DNA of 64,000 bases, taken from Escherichia coli. Its GTDB lineage: Bacteria > Pseudomonadota > Gammaproteobacteria > Enterobacterales > Enterobacteriaceae. Below the pieces are notes generated by a model, which saw only the letters and a program-made list of their open reading frames with translations, made no database searches and was not told where the DNA came from. The first letter of the stretch is position 1. Each line of letters begins with the position of its first letter. The translations under genes were made by a program, and so were the position numbers. Location: NCBI RefSeq assembly GCF_003018255.1, contig NZ_CP027440.1; one strand, given 5' to 3'. This document shows, piece after piece, positions 37,818-47,662 of the stretch.

Positions 37818-38897
37818 TTACAGAACGTCGATCGCGTTCAGTTCCTGGAATGCTTTTTCCAGACGAGCGATCATAGAAGTCTGACCTGCACGCAGCCATA
37901 CGCGCGGATCGTAGTATTTCTTGTTCGGCTGATCTTCGCCTTTCGGGTTACCCAGCTGACCCTGCAGGTAAGCTTCGTTCGCTTTGTAGTAGTTCAGAAC
38001 GCCTTCCCAGGTTGCCCATTGGGTATCGGTATCAATGTTCATTTTCACTACGCCGTAGCTTACGGAGTCTTTGATTTCCTGAGCAGTAGAACCGGAACCA
38101 CCGTGGAATACGAAGTTCAGGCTGTTGTGCGGCAGGTTGTGTTTCTTAGAAACATATTCCTGAGAGTCGCGCAGGATAGTCGGAGTCAGAACAACGTTAC
38201 CCGGCTTGTAAACACCGTGTACGTTACCGAAGGACGCTGCGATGGTGAAACGCGGGCTGATTTTGCTCAGCTCGGTATACGCATAATCAACGTCTTCCGG
38301 CTGGGTGTACAGTGCAGAAGCGTCCATGTGGCTGTTGTCCACGCCGTCTTCTTCACCACCGGTGCAACCCAGTTCGATTTCCAGAGTCATGCCGATTTTG
38401 GACATGCGCTCCAGGTATTTAGAGCAGATTTCGATGTTCTCTTGCAGAGATTCTTCTGACAGGTCGATCATGTGAGAAGAGAACAGCGGCTTGCCGGTAG
38501 CTGCGAAGTGTTTTTCACCCGCGTCCAGCAGACCGTCGATCCACGGCAGCAGTTTCTTCGCGCAGTGGTCGGTGTGCAGGATAACCGGAACACCATAATG
38601 TTCAGCCATCTGGTGAACGTGATGCGCACCAGAGATCGCGCCCAGGATAGCAGCACCCTGCGGAACGTCAGATTTCACGCCTTTACCAGCGATAAAGGAA
38701 GCACCACCGTTGGAGAACTGAACGATAACCGGCGCTTTAACTTTAGCAGCGGTTTCCAGCACGGCGTTGATGGAGTCAGTACCGACGCAGTTTACTGCTG
38801 GCAGTGCGAAGTTGTTTTCTTTTGCTACCTGGAAAACTTTCTGTACGTCATCACCAGTGATTACGCCAGGTTTTACGAAATCAAAAATCTTAGACAT
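37818..38897 (-). CDS. fbaA: Fructose-bisphosphate aldolase class II (359 aa)
   Basis: ORF 37818-38981 trimmed to MSKIFDFVKPGVITGDD... Confidence 0.95.
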   Translation of the reverse strand: MSKIFDFVKPGVITGDDVQKVFQVAKENNFALPAVNCVGTDSINAVLETAAKVKAPVIVQFSNGGASFIAGKGVKSDVPQGAAILGAISGAHHVHQMAEHYGVPVILHTDHCAKKLLPWIDGLLDAGEKHFAATGKPLFSSHMIDLSEESLQENIEICSKYLERMSKIGMTLEIELGCTGGEEDGVDNSHMDASALYTQPEDVDYAYTELSKISPRFTIAASFGNVHGVYKPGNVVLTPTILRDSQEYVSKKHNLPHNSLNFVFHGGSGSTAQEIKDSVSYGVVKMNIDTDTQWATWEGVLNYYKANEAYLQGQLGNPKGEDQPNKKYYDPRVWLRAGQTSMIARLEKAFQELNAIDVL

Positions 38898-39110
38898 GTC
38901 TCTTGTCCTGTATCGTCGGGCCTTATACTCGTCATACTTCAAGTTGCATGTGCTGCGTCTGCGTTCGCTCACCCCAGTCACTTACTTATGTAAGCTCATG
39001 GGATTCACTCTCTTGTCGCCTTCCTGCAACTCGAATTATTTAGAGTATGAAAAAGTGCGTGCTTTAAAAGCGCGCTGCAACAAGGGCAGGTTTCCCTGCC
39101 CTGTGATTTT

Positions 39111-40274
39111 TTACTTCTTAGCGCGCTCTTCGAGCATCGCTACTGCAGGCAGTACTTTACCTTCCACGAATTCGAGGAATGCACCGCCGCCAGTGGAGAT
39201 GTAGGAGATTTTGTCAGCAATGCCGAACAGGTCGATTGCTGCCAGAGTGTCGCCGCCGCCAGCGATGGAGAACGCTTCGCTGTCTGCGATAGCGTTAGCC
39301 ACGATTTCAGTACCTTTGCGGAAGTTCGGGAATTCGAACACGCCAACCGGACCGTTCCACAAAATGGTTTTCGCATTCTTCAGGATTTCAGCCAGTTCCT
39401 GAGCGGAAGCATCACCGATATCCAGGATCTGCTCGTCAGCTTTCACATCGTTAACAGATTTCAGGGTAGCCGGTGCAGTTTCAGAGAACTCAGTTGCTAC
39501 ACGAACATCAGACGGAACCGGGATGTTGCAGGTGGTCAGCAGACGTTTTGCTTCGTCAACCAGATCAGCTTCGTACAGGGATTTACCCACATCGTGGCCT
39601 TGTGCCGCGATAAAGGTGTTAGCGATACCACCACCAACAATCAGCTGGTCAGCGATTTTAGACAGGGAGTCCAGAACGGTCAGTTTGGTAGATACTTTAG
39701 AACCACCAACGATAGCCACCATCGGGCGAGCAGGTTCTTTCAGTGCTTTACCCAGCGCGTCCAGTTCAGCTGCCAGCAGCGGGCCTGCGCACGCAACGTC
39801 AGCGAATTTACCGATACCGTGAGTAGAAGCCTGCGCGCGGTGAGCAGTACCGAATGCGTCCATTACGAACACGTCACACAGTGCAGCGTATTTTTTGGAC
39901 AGGGTTTCGTCGTCTTTCTTCTCGCCTTTGTTGAAGCGAACGTTTTCCAGAACAACCAGTTCACCTTCAGCAACGTCAACGCCGTCGAGGTAATCTTTAA
40001 CCAGACGAACCGGGTTAGACAGTTTGTCTTTCAGGTAGTTAACAACCGGCAGCAGAGAGAATTCTTCGTTGTACTCGCCTTCGGTAGGACGACCCAGGTG
40101 GGAAGTTACCATCACTTTTGCGCCTTGTTTCAGGGCAAGTTCGATGGTCGGCAGAGAAGCACGGATACGCGCGTCGCTGGTTACTTTCCCGTCTTTTACT
40201 GGTACGTTCAGATCCGCACGGATAAATACACGTTTCCCAGCAAGATCCAGATCGGTCATCTTAATTACAGACAT
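39111..40274 (-). CDS. pgk: Phosphoglycerate kinase (387 aa)
   Basis: ORF 39111-40337 trimmed to [25 protein letters not shown]... Confidence 0.95.
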
Positions 40275-40323
40275 GGTGAATCCTCTCGTTGATTCTAAAA
40301 GTTTTGCAGACGCTGCTTGCGTC

Positions 40324-41343
40324 TTACCTGAAAGCAACAGTAGCCATAGCTAACGTCGTGTCGAGCATTCGGTTAGCAAAGCCCCATTCGTTATCGCACC
40401 AGACCAACGTTTTGATCAGGTGTGCGCCACTAACCCGGGTTTGGGTGCCATCGACAATGGCACTGTGCGGATCGTGGTTAAAATCTACAGAGACCAACGG
40501 CAATTCCGTATAGTCAACTATACCATGAAATGCACCTTGTGCTGCTTTTTGCAGCAACAGGTTGACTTCATTGGCTTTTACAGGTTTCTTCACCGTCACG
40601 CTTAAATCGATTGCCGTCACATTTATGGTTGGCACACGTACCGCAATCGCTTCAAAGCGATCGTTAAATTGCGGAAAAAATCGTGTGATACCGGCGGCCA
40701 GTTTAGTATCGACCGGAATGATCGACTGGCTGGCTGCCCGGGTGCGACGCAGGTCAGGATGGTATGCATCAATAACCTGTTGATCGTGCATGGCGGAGTG
40801 AATTGTGGTCACAGTGCCGGACTCAATACCGTACGCATCATCTAACAATTTGATGACGGGAATTATGCAATTCGTGGTACAGGAAGCGTTAGAAACGATG
40901 CGGTGTTCCGCACGAAGTTGATCCTGATTGACGCCGTAAACAACGGTCGCGTCGAGATCGTTACTGCCAGGATGTGAAAAGAGCACTTTTTTGGCCCCGG
41001 CGGCAATATGCGCTTCGCCATGCTCGCGGGAGCCATATACGCCGGTGCAGTCGAGGACTACATCAACGCCAAGTTCACGCCAGGGGAGCGATTGCAGTGA
41101 ACGTTCATGCAATACACGGATGGCGTCATCACCAACAAAAAGTTGATCGCGTTCCTGTCGTACTTCCCATGCAAAACGGCCATGGCTGGTGTCATATTTC
41201 AACAAATGCGCCATGCCCGCAGCATCCGCCAGTTCGTTGATTGCCACCACGGTAATTTCCGCCCGGCGTCCGGATTCATACAAAGCACGAACCACATTAC
41301 GCCCGATGCGACCGAAGCCATTTATCGCTACGCGTACGGTCAT
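40324..41343 (-). CDS. epd: D-erythrose-4-phosphate dehydrogenase (339 aa)
   Basis: ORF 40324-41427 trimmed to [21 protein letters not shown]...; GAPDH family. Confidence 0.9.
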
Positions 41344-41627
41344 AGATCTCCTGCAAGGTTTTCCCTGAGCAAATTTGCCAGACAGAGTAATCCAGCAAAT
41401 CGTCCGGGGAAACCTTACCTGTCGCAAACTGCGACTGATTGGTTAATTGTCGAACATTTAATCGACTGAAACGCTTCAGCTAGGATAAGCGAAACGTGGA
41501 ATAAAAGGAATGATTGTCCAGTCAAAGAAGACATTTATCTGACTTACATCACACTTTTATCCCCTTTTGTAGGGGGCTTTATTCCAGGCTGGCGTAATAA
41601 TACCCCTGCAATAACTGGAATAAATTG

Positions 41628-42341
41628 TCAGCTTTTGAAGTGATATCTGCCTTCTTCGGTCATCTCTAATATCAGATTGGCCTGACGACTATTCACCAGC
41701 ACACGCTCGACATTGGGACCATCGGTTCGGGCATAAAAAGCTTCGGCTTCTTGCCGCGATAATCCTCCCGCAATTTTACGACTAATCAAGCGCTCCCGCA
41801 GAATTTGAGCAGGTGCATGAATAAAAATAGAAAAATCGCAGAAAGATGCCAACTCCTGCCACTTTTCATCATCCAGTAATAGCCAGTTTCCTTCGACGAT
41901 GACGAGGGGTGCGGTAACGTGCAGCGCATCTTCAACAGGATCATGCTTTTGTCGATCGTACTGCGGCCACGTACAATCCCCTTCCACAACCCGGCACAGA
42001 TTTTCCGCCAGTTTCGCAACGTTGAATGTCTCTGGTGCGCCTTTGAAGGGGCGCAATTGATGCGCATCCAGCCAGCTATTGTAATGGTGAAAACCATCCA
42101 TCGGCAGCGTCTGTATAGCGGGTAGTTCCGGGTCTTGTTGCGCGAGATATTCCCAGAAGGTGGTTAGGGTAGATTTACCCGTCCCCGGCGGAGCGCAAAG
42201 AAAAACCACCGTACGCCGCTGCGGATTTACCGTCTGTAAGGCCGCCAACATGCGCAGCAACGGTTTATGTACATTTTCTATCTCATCAACATGGTACTGT
42301 GCTTGTACCTTCAGACCATTCACCGTTAATTCAATTTTCAC
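41628..42341 (-). CDS. yggC: P-loop nucleoside/nucleotide-kinase-like protein YggC (237 aa)
   Basis: ORF 41628-42341; Walker A GTGKST; apparent GTG start overlapping the yggD stop. Confidence 0.75.
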   Translation of the reverse strand: MKIELTVNGLKVQAQYHVDEIENVHKPLLRMLAALQTVNPQRRTVVFLCAPPGTGKSTLTTFWEYLAQQDPELPAIQTLPMDGFHHYNSWLDAHQLRPFKGAPETFNVAKLAENLCRVVEGDCTWPQYDRQKHDPVEDALHVTAPLVIVEGNWLLLDDEKWQELASFCDFSIFIHAPAQILRERLISRKIAGGLSRQEAEAFYARTDGPNVERVLVNSRQANLILEMTEEGRYHFKS

Positions 42342-42847
42342 GGCGTTAATTCCTTTAAGGTGGTCGTTACTGCCAGCGTCAGCGCCGTTTTGACCATCCC
42401 GCTAAAACGCGCCTCTGACCAGACGGCGAAATCGGCGAACTTCATCGCTTTCAACGCGTCATAGAGAGTCGCATTGCGGGTTATGCTATTGACGTTGCTT
42501 ATAAAATCCCAGGTCATGTCATCGGCAAATCCGGGCGTTTCATCCTGTTCGTTCAGGTAATGCCAGAACTGGGAAAAATGCGTGATATCGGCGTACAGCC
42601 ATTTATCCATTTTCCCCAGCGCATAAATCAAACGCAGCGCAACATCAATATCGTCAAGCGGGCCGCTTTGGGCGAGTAACGGCTTCACTGCATATTCGAC
42701 GATCTCTTCATCATTATCGACAAACAGCGACGGCAGAAACTGGCGTATCCCCTGGAGCAAAATAGAATGCGCAGTTTTCATAAATGAAAATAAATTGTCC
42801 TGTGCCTCCAGTTGCTCAAGCACATCATCTTCTGTCAGCGTCGCCAT
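42338..42847 (-). CDS. yggD: MtlR-like transcriptional regulator YggD (169 aa)
   Basis: ORF 42338-42847; position between yggC and the yggF remnant. Confidence 0.75.
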   Translation of the reverse strand: MATLTEDDVLEQLEAQDNLFSFMKTAHSILLQGIRQFLPSLFVDNDEEIVEYAVKPLLAQSGPLDDIDVALRLIYALGKMDKWLYADITHFSQFWHYLNEQDETPGFADDMTWDFISNVNSITRNATLYDALKAMKFADFAVWSEARFSGMVKTALTLAVTTTLKELTP

Positions 42848-42868
42848 TGGTCTTCCGATAGATCACCA

Positions 42869-43184
42869 TCAATGCAGGGAGTCTATTATATTACACGTTT
42901 GGTCCGCGCCGCCGATCAGTAATGTCTGCGTCCGCACCCCATTCGCCGTCTGTTGGATACCGTTCACCAACTCGCCGCCCGTCACGCCCGTAGCGCTAAA
43001 GAGGATATCGTTCCCCCTCGCCGATAACCACTCGCCCACGAAAAGCGACGTCGTTTAATGCCTGGCGCATCGCGGTGACCGCCAGGCCATCAATTTTATT
43101 TTTGTCGCCACATCCGGTTTGCGGCCAGGCAGCCAACGCTGCCTGTTCCGTAACGCGAAATAATGGCCACGCCAGGGACATCAT
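42869..43184 (-). pseudogene. yggF: Remnant of class II fructose-1,6-bisphosphatase gene yggF (GlpX family): about 56 N-terminal codons joined out of frame to about 40 C-terminal codons
   Basis: Track ORF 42996-43184 ([20 protein letters not shown]...VVIGEGE) is a GlpX-type N-terminus ending in a premature TAG; the +1 frame of the same DNA continues ...[49 protein letters not shown] to a stop at 42869; only about 0.33 kb remains where a roughly 1-kb gene is expected. Confidence 0.6.
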
Positions 43185-44458
43185 TGCGCGGCCTCCCCGA
43201 TATCAACGCCAAATTGCGCCAGCAGATATTTCTCGGCCTGCTCATTCCAGATGCCGTGCGTTTCCTCAACCAGCCGCGCCAGCTCTTTAAACAGCGGATC
43301 GGTTTTGCCTTTTTCGGCAAAATCGGCAATGGCAGTGAGCGGCATGGTGACGCCGTTATAAATGAGTTTTTTACCGCCGGGGATATCCGGCAGATTGAGC
43401 ACGGTATCAGGCACCGCATCCAGCCCACCGATATGGGTCACCATAAACGACGGCTGCAACTGCCCTGTGGCGCTAAGCGCAATCGCCTCTTTCATGTCGT
43501 CCGTTGAACCGCCGGACGTACCGACGACATGCGTGCTGTTGTAATGGACGTTGTAGAAATTAAACGGCACTTTGAAGTTTTTATCCGTCGGCCCGGCAAA
43601 GAAGTTCAGGCAGCCATCTTCCGCCAGTAATTCATCAGCCATCTCGACGACTGAAGGCACCGCTGCATAGACAAATACGTCATCAAATCCGGCATCATCC
43701 GTCAGCGCCCGCAGCGTCTGGACCGGATCGCTCATCCCTTTGGTATTCATATACACCAGCTCAATGCCTTTACTGGCCGCCAGTTCCACCGGCAGCAGCT
43801 TTTGTACCTGCGCCAGGCGTTTGTCGTCGATATCGACCACCACCACCCGCGACGGTTGTATGCCGCCGTTAATAGCATAATCGATAGCGCCAATGCCCAT
43901 CGGACCAGCACATGCCAGCAGCGCAATATTGCCGCCAGGTTTAACGCCCATGCGATGCTCATAAACATATTGCGTGGTGTGATAATTGGCATGATAAGCG
44001 CCAATAATGCAGCACATAGGCTCTGCCAGCGACGCCGCAGCAAAATAAGAGCCGTGATACGGTAATACGCAGCCCAGGTTAATGGCTATTTCAGGAATAA
44101 TCATATAGGTGGCGTTACCGCCAAAATATTCGTAGCTGTAGCCTGCTGAATATCCGCTTGGTAACCCCATTGCCGGTTGCAATACAAAACGCTGGCCTTT
44201 TTTATATTTGTCGGTGAGATTTTTACCCACTTCGACAATAACCCCGGCGCATTCATGCCCGGTAATGACCGGATGATTTTCTAAATCGTCGGGTACGCGT
44301 TTATGTTCACTACCGAGTAGCGCCGCTTTCCAGGTGGATAAACACACGCTGTCAGAAATCACACTCACCAGCAGTTCATTATCGGTAATTTCTGGCAGTT
44401 CAAATTCGCGCAGACGGACATCCCGCTTGCCATAAATAGCAGCAACTTTGGTTTTCAT
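43181..44458 (-). CDS. yggP: Zinc-binding MDR-family dehydrogenase YggP (425 aa)
   Basis: ORF 43181-44458; N-terminal GroES-like and Rossmann regions. Confidence 0.75.
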   Translation of the reverse strand: MKTKVAAIYGKRDVRLREFELPEITDNELLVSVISDSVCLSTWKAALLGSEHKRVPDDLENHPVITGHECAGVIVEVGKNLTDKYKKGQRFVLQPAMGLPSGYSAGYSYEYFGGNATYMIIPEIAINLGCVLPYHGSYFAAASLAEPMCCIIGAYHANYHTTQYVYEHRMGVKPGGNIALLACAGPMGIGAIDYAINGGIQPSRVVVVDIDDKRLAQVQKLLPVELAASKGIELVYMNTKGMSDPVQTLRALTDDAGFDDVFVYAAVPSVVEMADELLAEDGCLNFFAGPTDKNFKVPFNFYNVHYNSTHVVGTSGGSTDDMKEAIALSATGQLQPSFMVTHIGGLDAVPDTVLNLPDIPGGKKLIYNGVTMPLTAIADFAEKGKTDPLFKELARLVEETHGIWNEQAEKYLLAQFGVDIGEAAQ

Positions 44459-44472
44459 TTTTACCTCGGCAA

Positions 44473-45861
44473 TCAGTTTTTATGTTCGGCGGTTAATTGA
44501 TTAAATAAAGTGTCGAGTTTTGGATCGCCAATATAGTTATTAATCAGTATCAGCGGTTTATCCGTCACACGTTTCACGCGCCCTTCCAGACTGGCATGAG
44601 TAACAACGATATCCGCATCCGCAGGCACGTTTTCTATCGCGTAATGTTTTACTTCTATTGCCAGCCCCGCCTTTTCCAGGCGTTTACGGAAGGTGGTCGC
44701 GCCCATCGCGCTGGAGCCCATCCCCGCATCGCAAACAAAGGCGATACGCTTAACCCTGCTTAACGAGAATGCACCTTCTTGTTTCATCGCCTTAACCGCA
44801 TTGGCTGACTGAGCAAACTCATCTTCGCTCTCCGTTTCCACCGTTTTTTCCATCTTCAGTATTACGGAAGTGATAGCAAAGGACACCAGGGTACCTACCG
44901 TAACACCGGCAATTGTCGCCAGGAACGAGCCTTTCGGCGTCAGTGCCAGGTAAGCAAAGATAGACCCCGGACTTGGGCCAGCCACCAGACCACCGTCCAG
45001 TAAGTTAAACATCCAGGTGCCAGACATACCGCCCGCAATCATGGCAATAATGGTCAGCGGCTTCATCAGCACATACGGGAAATACAGTTCGTGGATCCCA
45101 CCGAGGAAGTGAATAATCATCGCCCCGGGCGCAGAACGTTTACTCATCCCTTTACCAAACAAAGTAAACGCCAGCAACAGTCCTAAGCCAGGCCCAGGGT
45201 TGGACGCCACCATAAAGAAGATGGATTTACCGTTAACTGAAGCCTGTTGCATCCCCAACGGGTAATAGACGCCCTGATCTATCGCGTTATTGAGGAAAAG
45301 CACTTTCGCCGGTTCATTGATGACTGACAGCAAAGGCAGATAACCCGCATGTACCAACGCCTCAATACACTCTTTGACGAAAGTATTGGCAATTAACACC
45401 GCCGGGCCGATAACTTCAAAACCCAGCAGACAAAGGAGCATCCCCGCAATACCTAATGAGAAGTTATTGATAACCATCTCAAAACCAGCAGGGATCCGCT
45501 TTTCCAGCGCCTTGTCGATATATTTAATCACCAGACCACCGAGCGGCCCCATAATCATTGAGCCAAGGAACATCGGGATCTCTGCGCCGACGATCACACC
45601 AATAGTACCTATTCCGCCCATGACCGCGCCGCGTTTACCGCCGACCAGATGACCACCGGTAGAACCAATCATCACGGGCAATAAATAGGTAATCATCGGG
45701 CCGACAATTTTGGCGAAATGTTCGTTAGGCAGCCAGCCGGTGGGAATAAATAACGCCGTTATAAAACCCCAGGCTATAAAAGCGCCGATATTGGGGATGA
45801 CCATTGCAGTCAAAAAGCCCCCAAAAGCCTGGACCTTTGCACGAGCAGACTTGTTTTCCAT
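44473..45861 (-). CDS. cmtA: Cryptic mannitol-family PTS enzyme IICB (462 aa)
   Basis: ORF 44473-45861; MtlA-like polytopic membrane domain with C-terminal IIB. Confidence 0.8.
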   Translation of the reverse strand: MENKSARAKVQAFGGFLTAMVIPNIGAFIAWGFITALFIPTGWLPNEHFAKIVGPMITYLLPVMIGSTGGHLVGGKRGAVMGGIGTIGVIVGAEIPMFLGSMIMGPLGGLVIKYIDKALEKRIPAGFEMVINNFSLGIAGMLLCLLGFEVIGPAVLIANTFVKECIEALVHAGYLPLLSVINEPAKVLFLNNAIDQGVYYPLGMQQASVNGKSIFFMVASNPGPGLGLLLAFTLFGKGMSKRSAPGAMIIHFLGGIHELYFPYVLMKPLTIIAMIAGGMSGTWMFNLLDGGLVAGPSPGSIFAYLALTPKGSFLATIAGVTVGTLVSFAITSVILKMEKTVETESEDEFAQSANAVKAMKQEGAFSLSRVKRIAFVCDAGMGSSAMGATTFRKRLEKAGLAIEVKHYAIENVPADADIVVTHASLEGRVKRVTDKPLILINNYIGDPKLDTLFNQLTAEHKN

Positions 45862-45888
45862 AATATTATCCTGTAGAGGAGAGAGTAA

Positions 45889-46332
45889 TTATCCGCGGCT
45901 GATTATGTCCGCTAATTGTTTTTCTGATGCTGCTGTTAATAATTGGTTGAGTATTTCTTCTTCACACAATAATTCACTTAACGCCTGAATAGCGCCAATG
46001 TGCGAATCGGCATCGGCAGCAGAAAGCCCGATGAGTAATTTTATCGGTTCGTCATTCCCCGGAAAATAAACGCCTTGTTTAAGTAATGTTAAAGACATCC
46101 CGGTTTTAAGCGCCCCACATTCCGGTCGAGCATGAGGCATTGCCACGCCTGGTGCGAGAATATAATAAGGGCCATTGTTAATGGTGGAATCTTTAATTGC
46201 CTGAATGTAATTCTCGCTGATATAGTTTTTATCCAGCAATGATGCCATCGAGAAATCGATAGCTTCCTGCCAATCTTTTGCTGAATGTATAACTGAGATT
46301 GATGATTCTGGAAAATAATCAAGAAGCCGCAT
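45889..46332 (-). CDS. cmtB: Cryptic mannitol-family PTS enzyme IIA (147 aa)
   Basis: ORF 45889-46332; PTS EIIA-2 fold; AAGGA SD upstream of the start. Confidence 0.8.
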   Translation of the reverse strand: MRLLDYFPESSISVIHSAKDWQEAIDFSMASLLDKNYISENYIQAIKDSTINNGPYYILAPGVAMPHARPECGALKTGMSLTLLKQGVYFPGNDEPIKLLIGLSAADADSHIGAIQALSELLCEEEILNQLLTAASEKQLADIISRG

Positions 46333-46708
46333 AAATAATCCTTATTTTATTTTTAGGGCACCGTCCGGCGGTAAAAATAAAATACTCGTGCGGTTTAATG
46401 AAAGCAATTGGGTACGCGAGAAGAAAAACCCCATGAACAAAAATAATAAAACTTTAAATAACAACAACATGAAATTGATATTTTTAAAGTCAACTTTGTA
46501 TTTGTTATGTTTATCACAAAATCAACATTTTGATTGTTGTTGTATTTGTGATACATATCGCCATTTATTTATTGAATGTCCGAAAGCATACTTTTCTAAT
46601 GCAATGTTTTTTCGCTATACCCCTTTATAGATTCTGAATTCTCACCTGTCGGCTATTTTCTCCTCACCTCATGTGACATATTCCCCACTTTACTCAAGGA
46701 AGATTCAT

Positions 46709-47617
46709 ATGAAAGCACCTGTTTCAATAACCTCATTTCGCCCACAAAAATCTATTGCTATCGTCATTGGCGTGCTTGCCGTGGTTGTGCTGCCATTTCT
46801 CTCGTATTACACCGTTAATGAAGGTGAACGCGGCATTTTGCTGCGCTACGGAAAAATCGTAAAAGTTGCCGAGCCGGGTCTGGGTTTTAAGATCCCTTTT
46901 ATGGAAAGCGTGGAGAAAATTTCCACGCGTAATCAGGCTGTGGTTTATCAGGGATTACAGGCCTACAGCCGCGACCAGCAACCGGCACAAATGACAGTAT
47001 CAGTCAGCTTCCACATTAAACCTTCAGAAGCAGGCGCGGTTTATACCACCTACAACACCATTGAAGCATTAAAAGATCGTCTGATTGTCCGTCAGTTGCC
47101 AACTCAACTGGAGAACGTTTTCGGCCAATATACCGCCATCAGCGCCGTACAGGATCGTACAAAACTGGTTCAGGATCTACAAAATGCAATGCGTAAAGCC
47201 GTTGTTGGCCCGGTGGTGATTGATGGTGTCCAGATTGAAAATATTGATTTTTCTGACGCTTATGAAAAATCGATTGAAGATCGAATGAAAGCAGAAGTCG
47301 CCATTGCCACACGTAAGCAAAATCTGGAAACAGAGAAAATCCAGGCGCAAATAGCGGTAACTCAGGCCCAGGCAGAAGCAGACAGTAAACTGGCGGCAGC
47401 CAAAGCAGAAGCTGAGACTATTCGCGTAAGAGGCGCGGCAGAGGCTGAAACTATTCGTTTAAAAAGTGCGGCTGAAGCAGAAGCGATCCGCCTGCGCGGT
47501 GAAGCTCTGCGGGATAATCCCGGACTTGTTGCCCTCACCACTGCTGAGCGTTGGGACGGTAAGCTACCCGATACCATGATCCCCGGCAGTACAGTTCCGT
47601 TTATCTCTACTAAGTAA
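46709..47617 (+). CDS. SPFH/band-7 (stomatin/prohibitin/flotillin/HflKC-like) membrane protein, 302 aa, stand-alone
   Basis: ORF 46673-47617 trimmed to the ATG at 46709 with AAGGAAG 6 nt upstream; one N-terminal TM helix, SPFH core, C-terminal Ala/Glu-rich tail with tandem AEAETIR-like repeats; not at this position in K-12 as I recall. Confidence 0.8.
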   Translation: MKAPVSITSFRPQKSIAIVIGVLAVVVLPFLSYYTVNEGERGILLRYGKIVKVAEPGLGFKIPFMESVEKISTRNQAVVYQGLQAYSRDQQPAQMTVSVSFHIKPSEAGAVYTTYNTIEALKDRLIVRQLPTQLENVFGQYTAISAVQDRTKLVQDLQNAMRKAVVGPVVIDGVQIENIDFSDAYEKSIEDRMKAEVAIATRKQNLETEKIQAQIAVTQAQAEADSKLAAAKAEAETIRVRGAAEAETIRLKSAAEAEAIRLRGEALRDNPGLVALTTAERWDGKLPDTMIPGSTVPFISTK

Positions 47618-47645
47618 AAAAAGGGCCGCTTTCGCGGCCCTTCTC
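47616..47645. terminator. tktA rho-independent terminator, also abutting the SPFH gene stop
   Basis: Hairpin GGGCCGC-tttc-GCGGCCC flanked by A7 on the + side; on the - strand followed by TTTTTTT. Confidence 0.6.
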
Positions 47646-47662
47646 ACAAAGCATCTTACCGA

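Noticed and set aside
39594-40292. 232-aa + strand ORF
   Set aside because: Antisense to pgk; shadow ORF.
46388-46630. 80-aa AT-rich ORF with a Cys-rich stretch (…DCCCICDTYRHLFIEC…) in the cmtB-SPFH spacer
   Set aside because: Low-complexity translation of AT-rich DNA (Asn/Lys/Leu/Phe runs), no convincing RBS before either candidate ATG; more likely promoter DNA than a gene, though a small peptide cannot be excluded without ribosome profiling.
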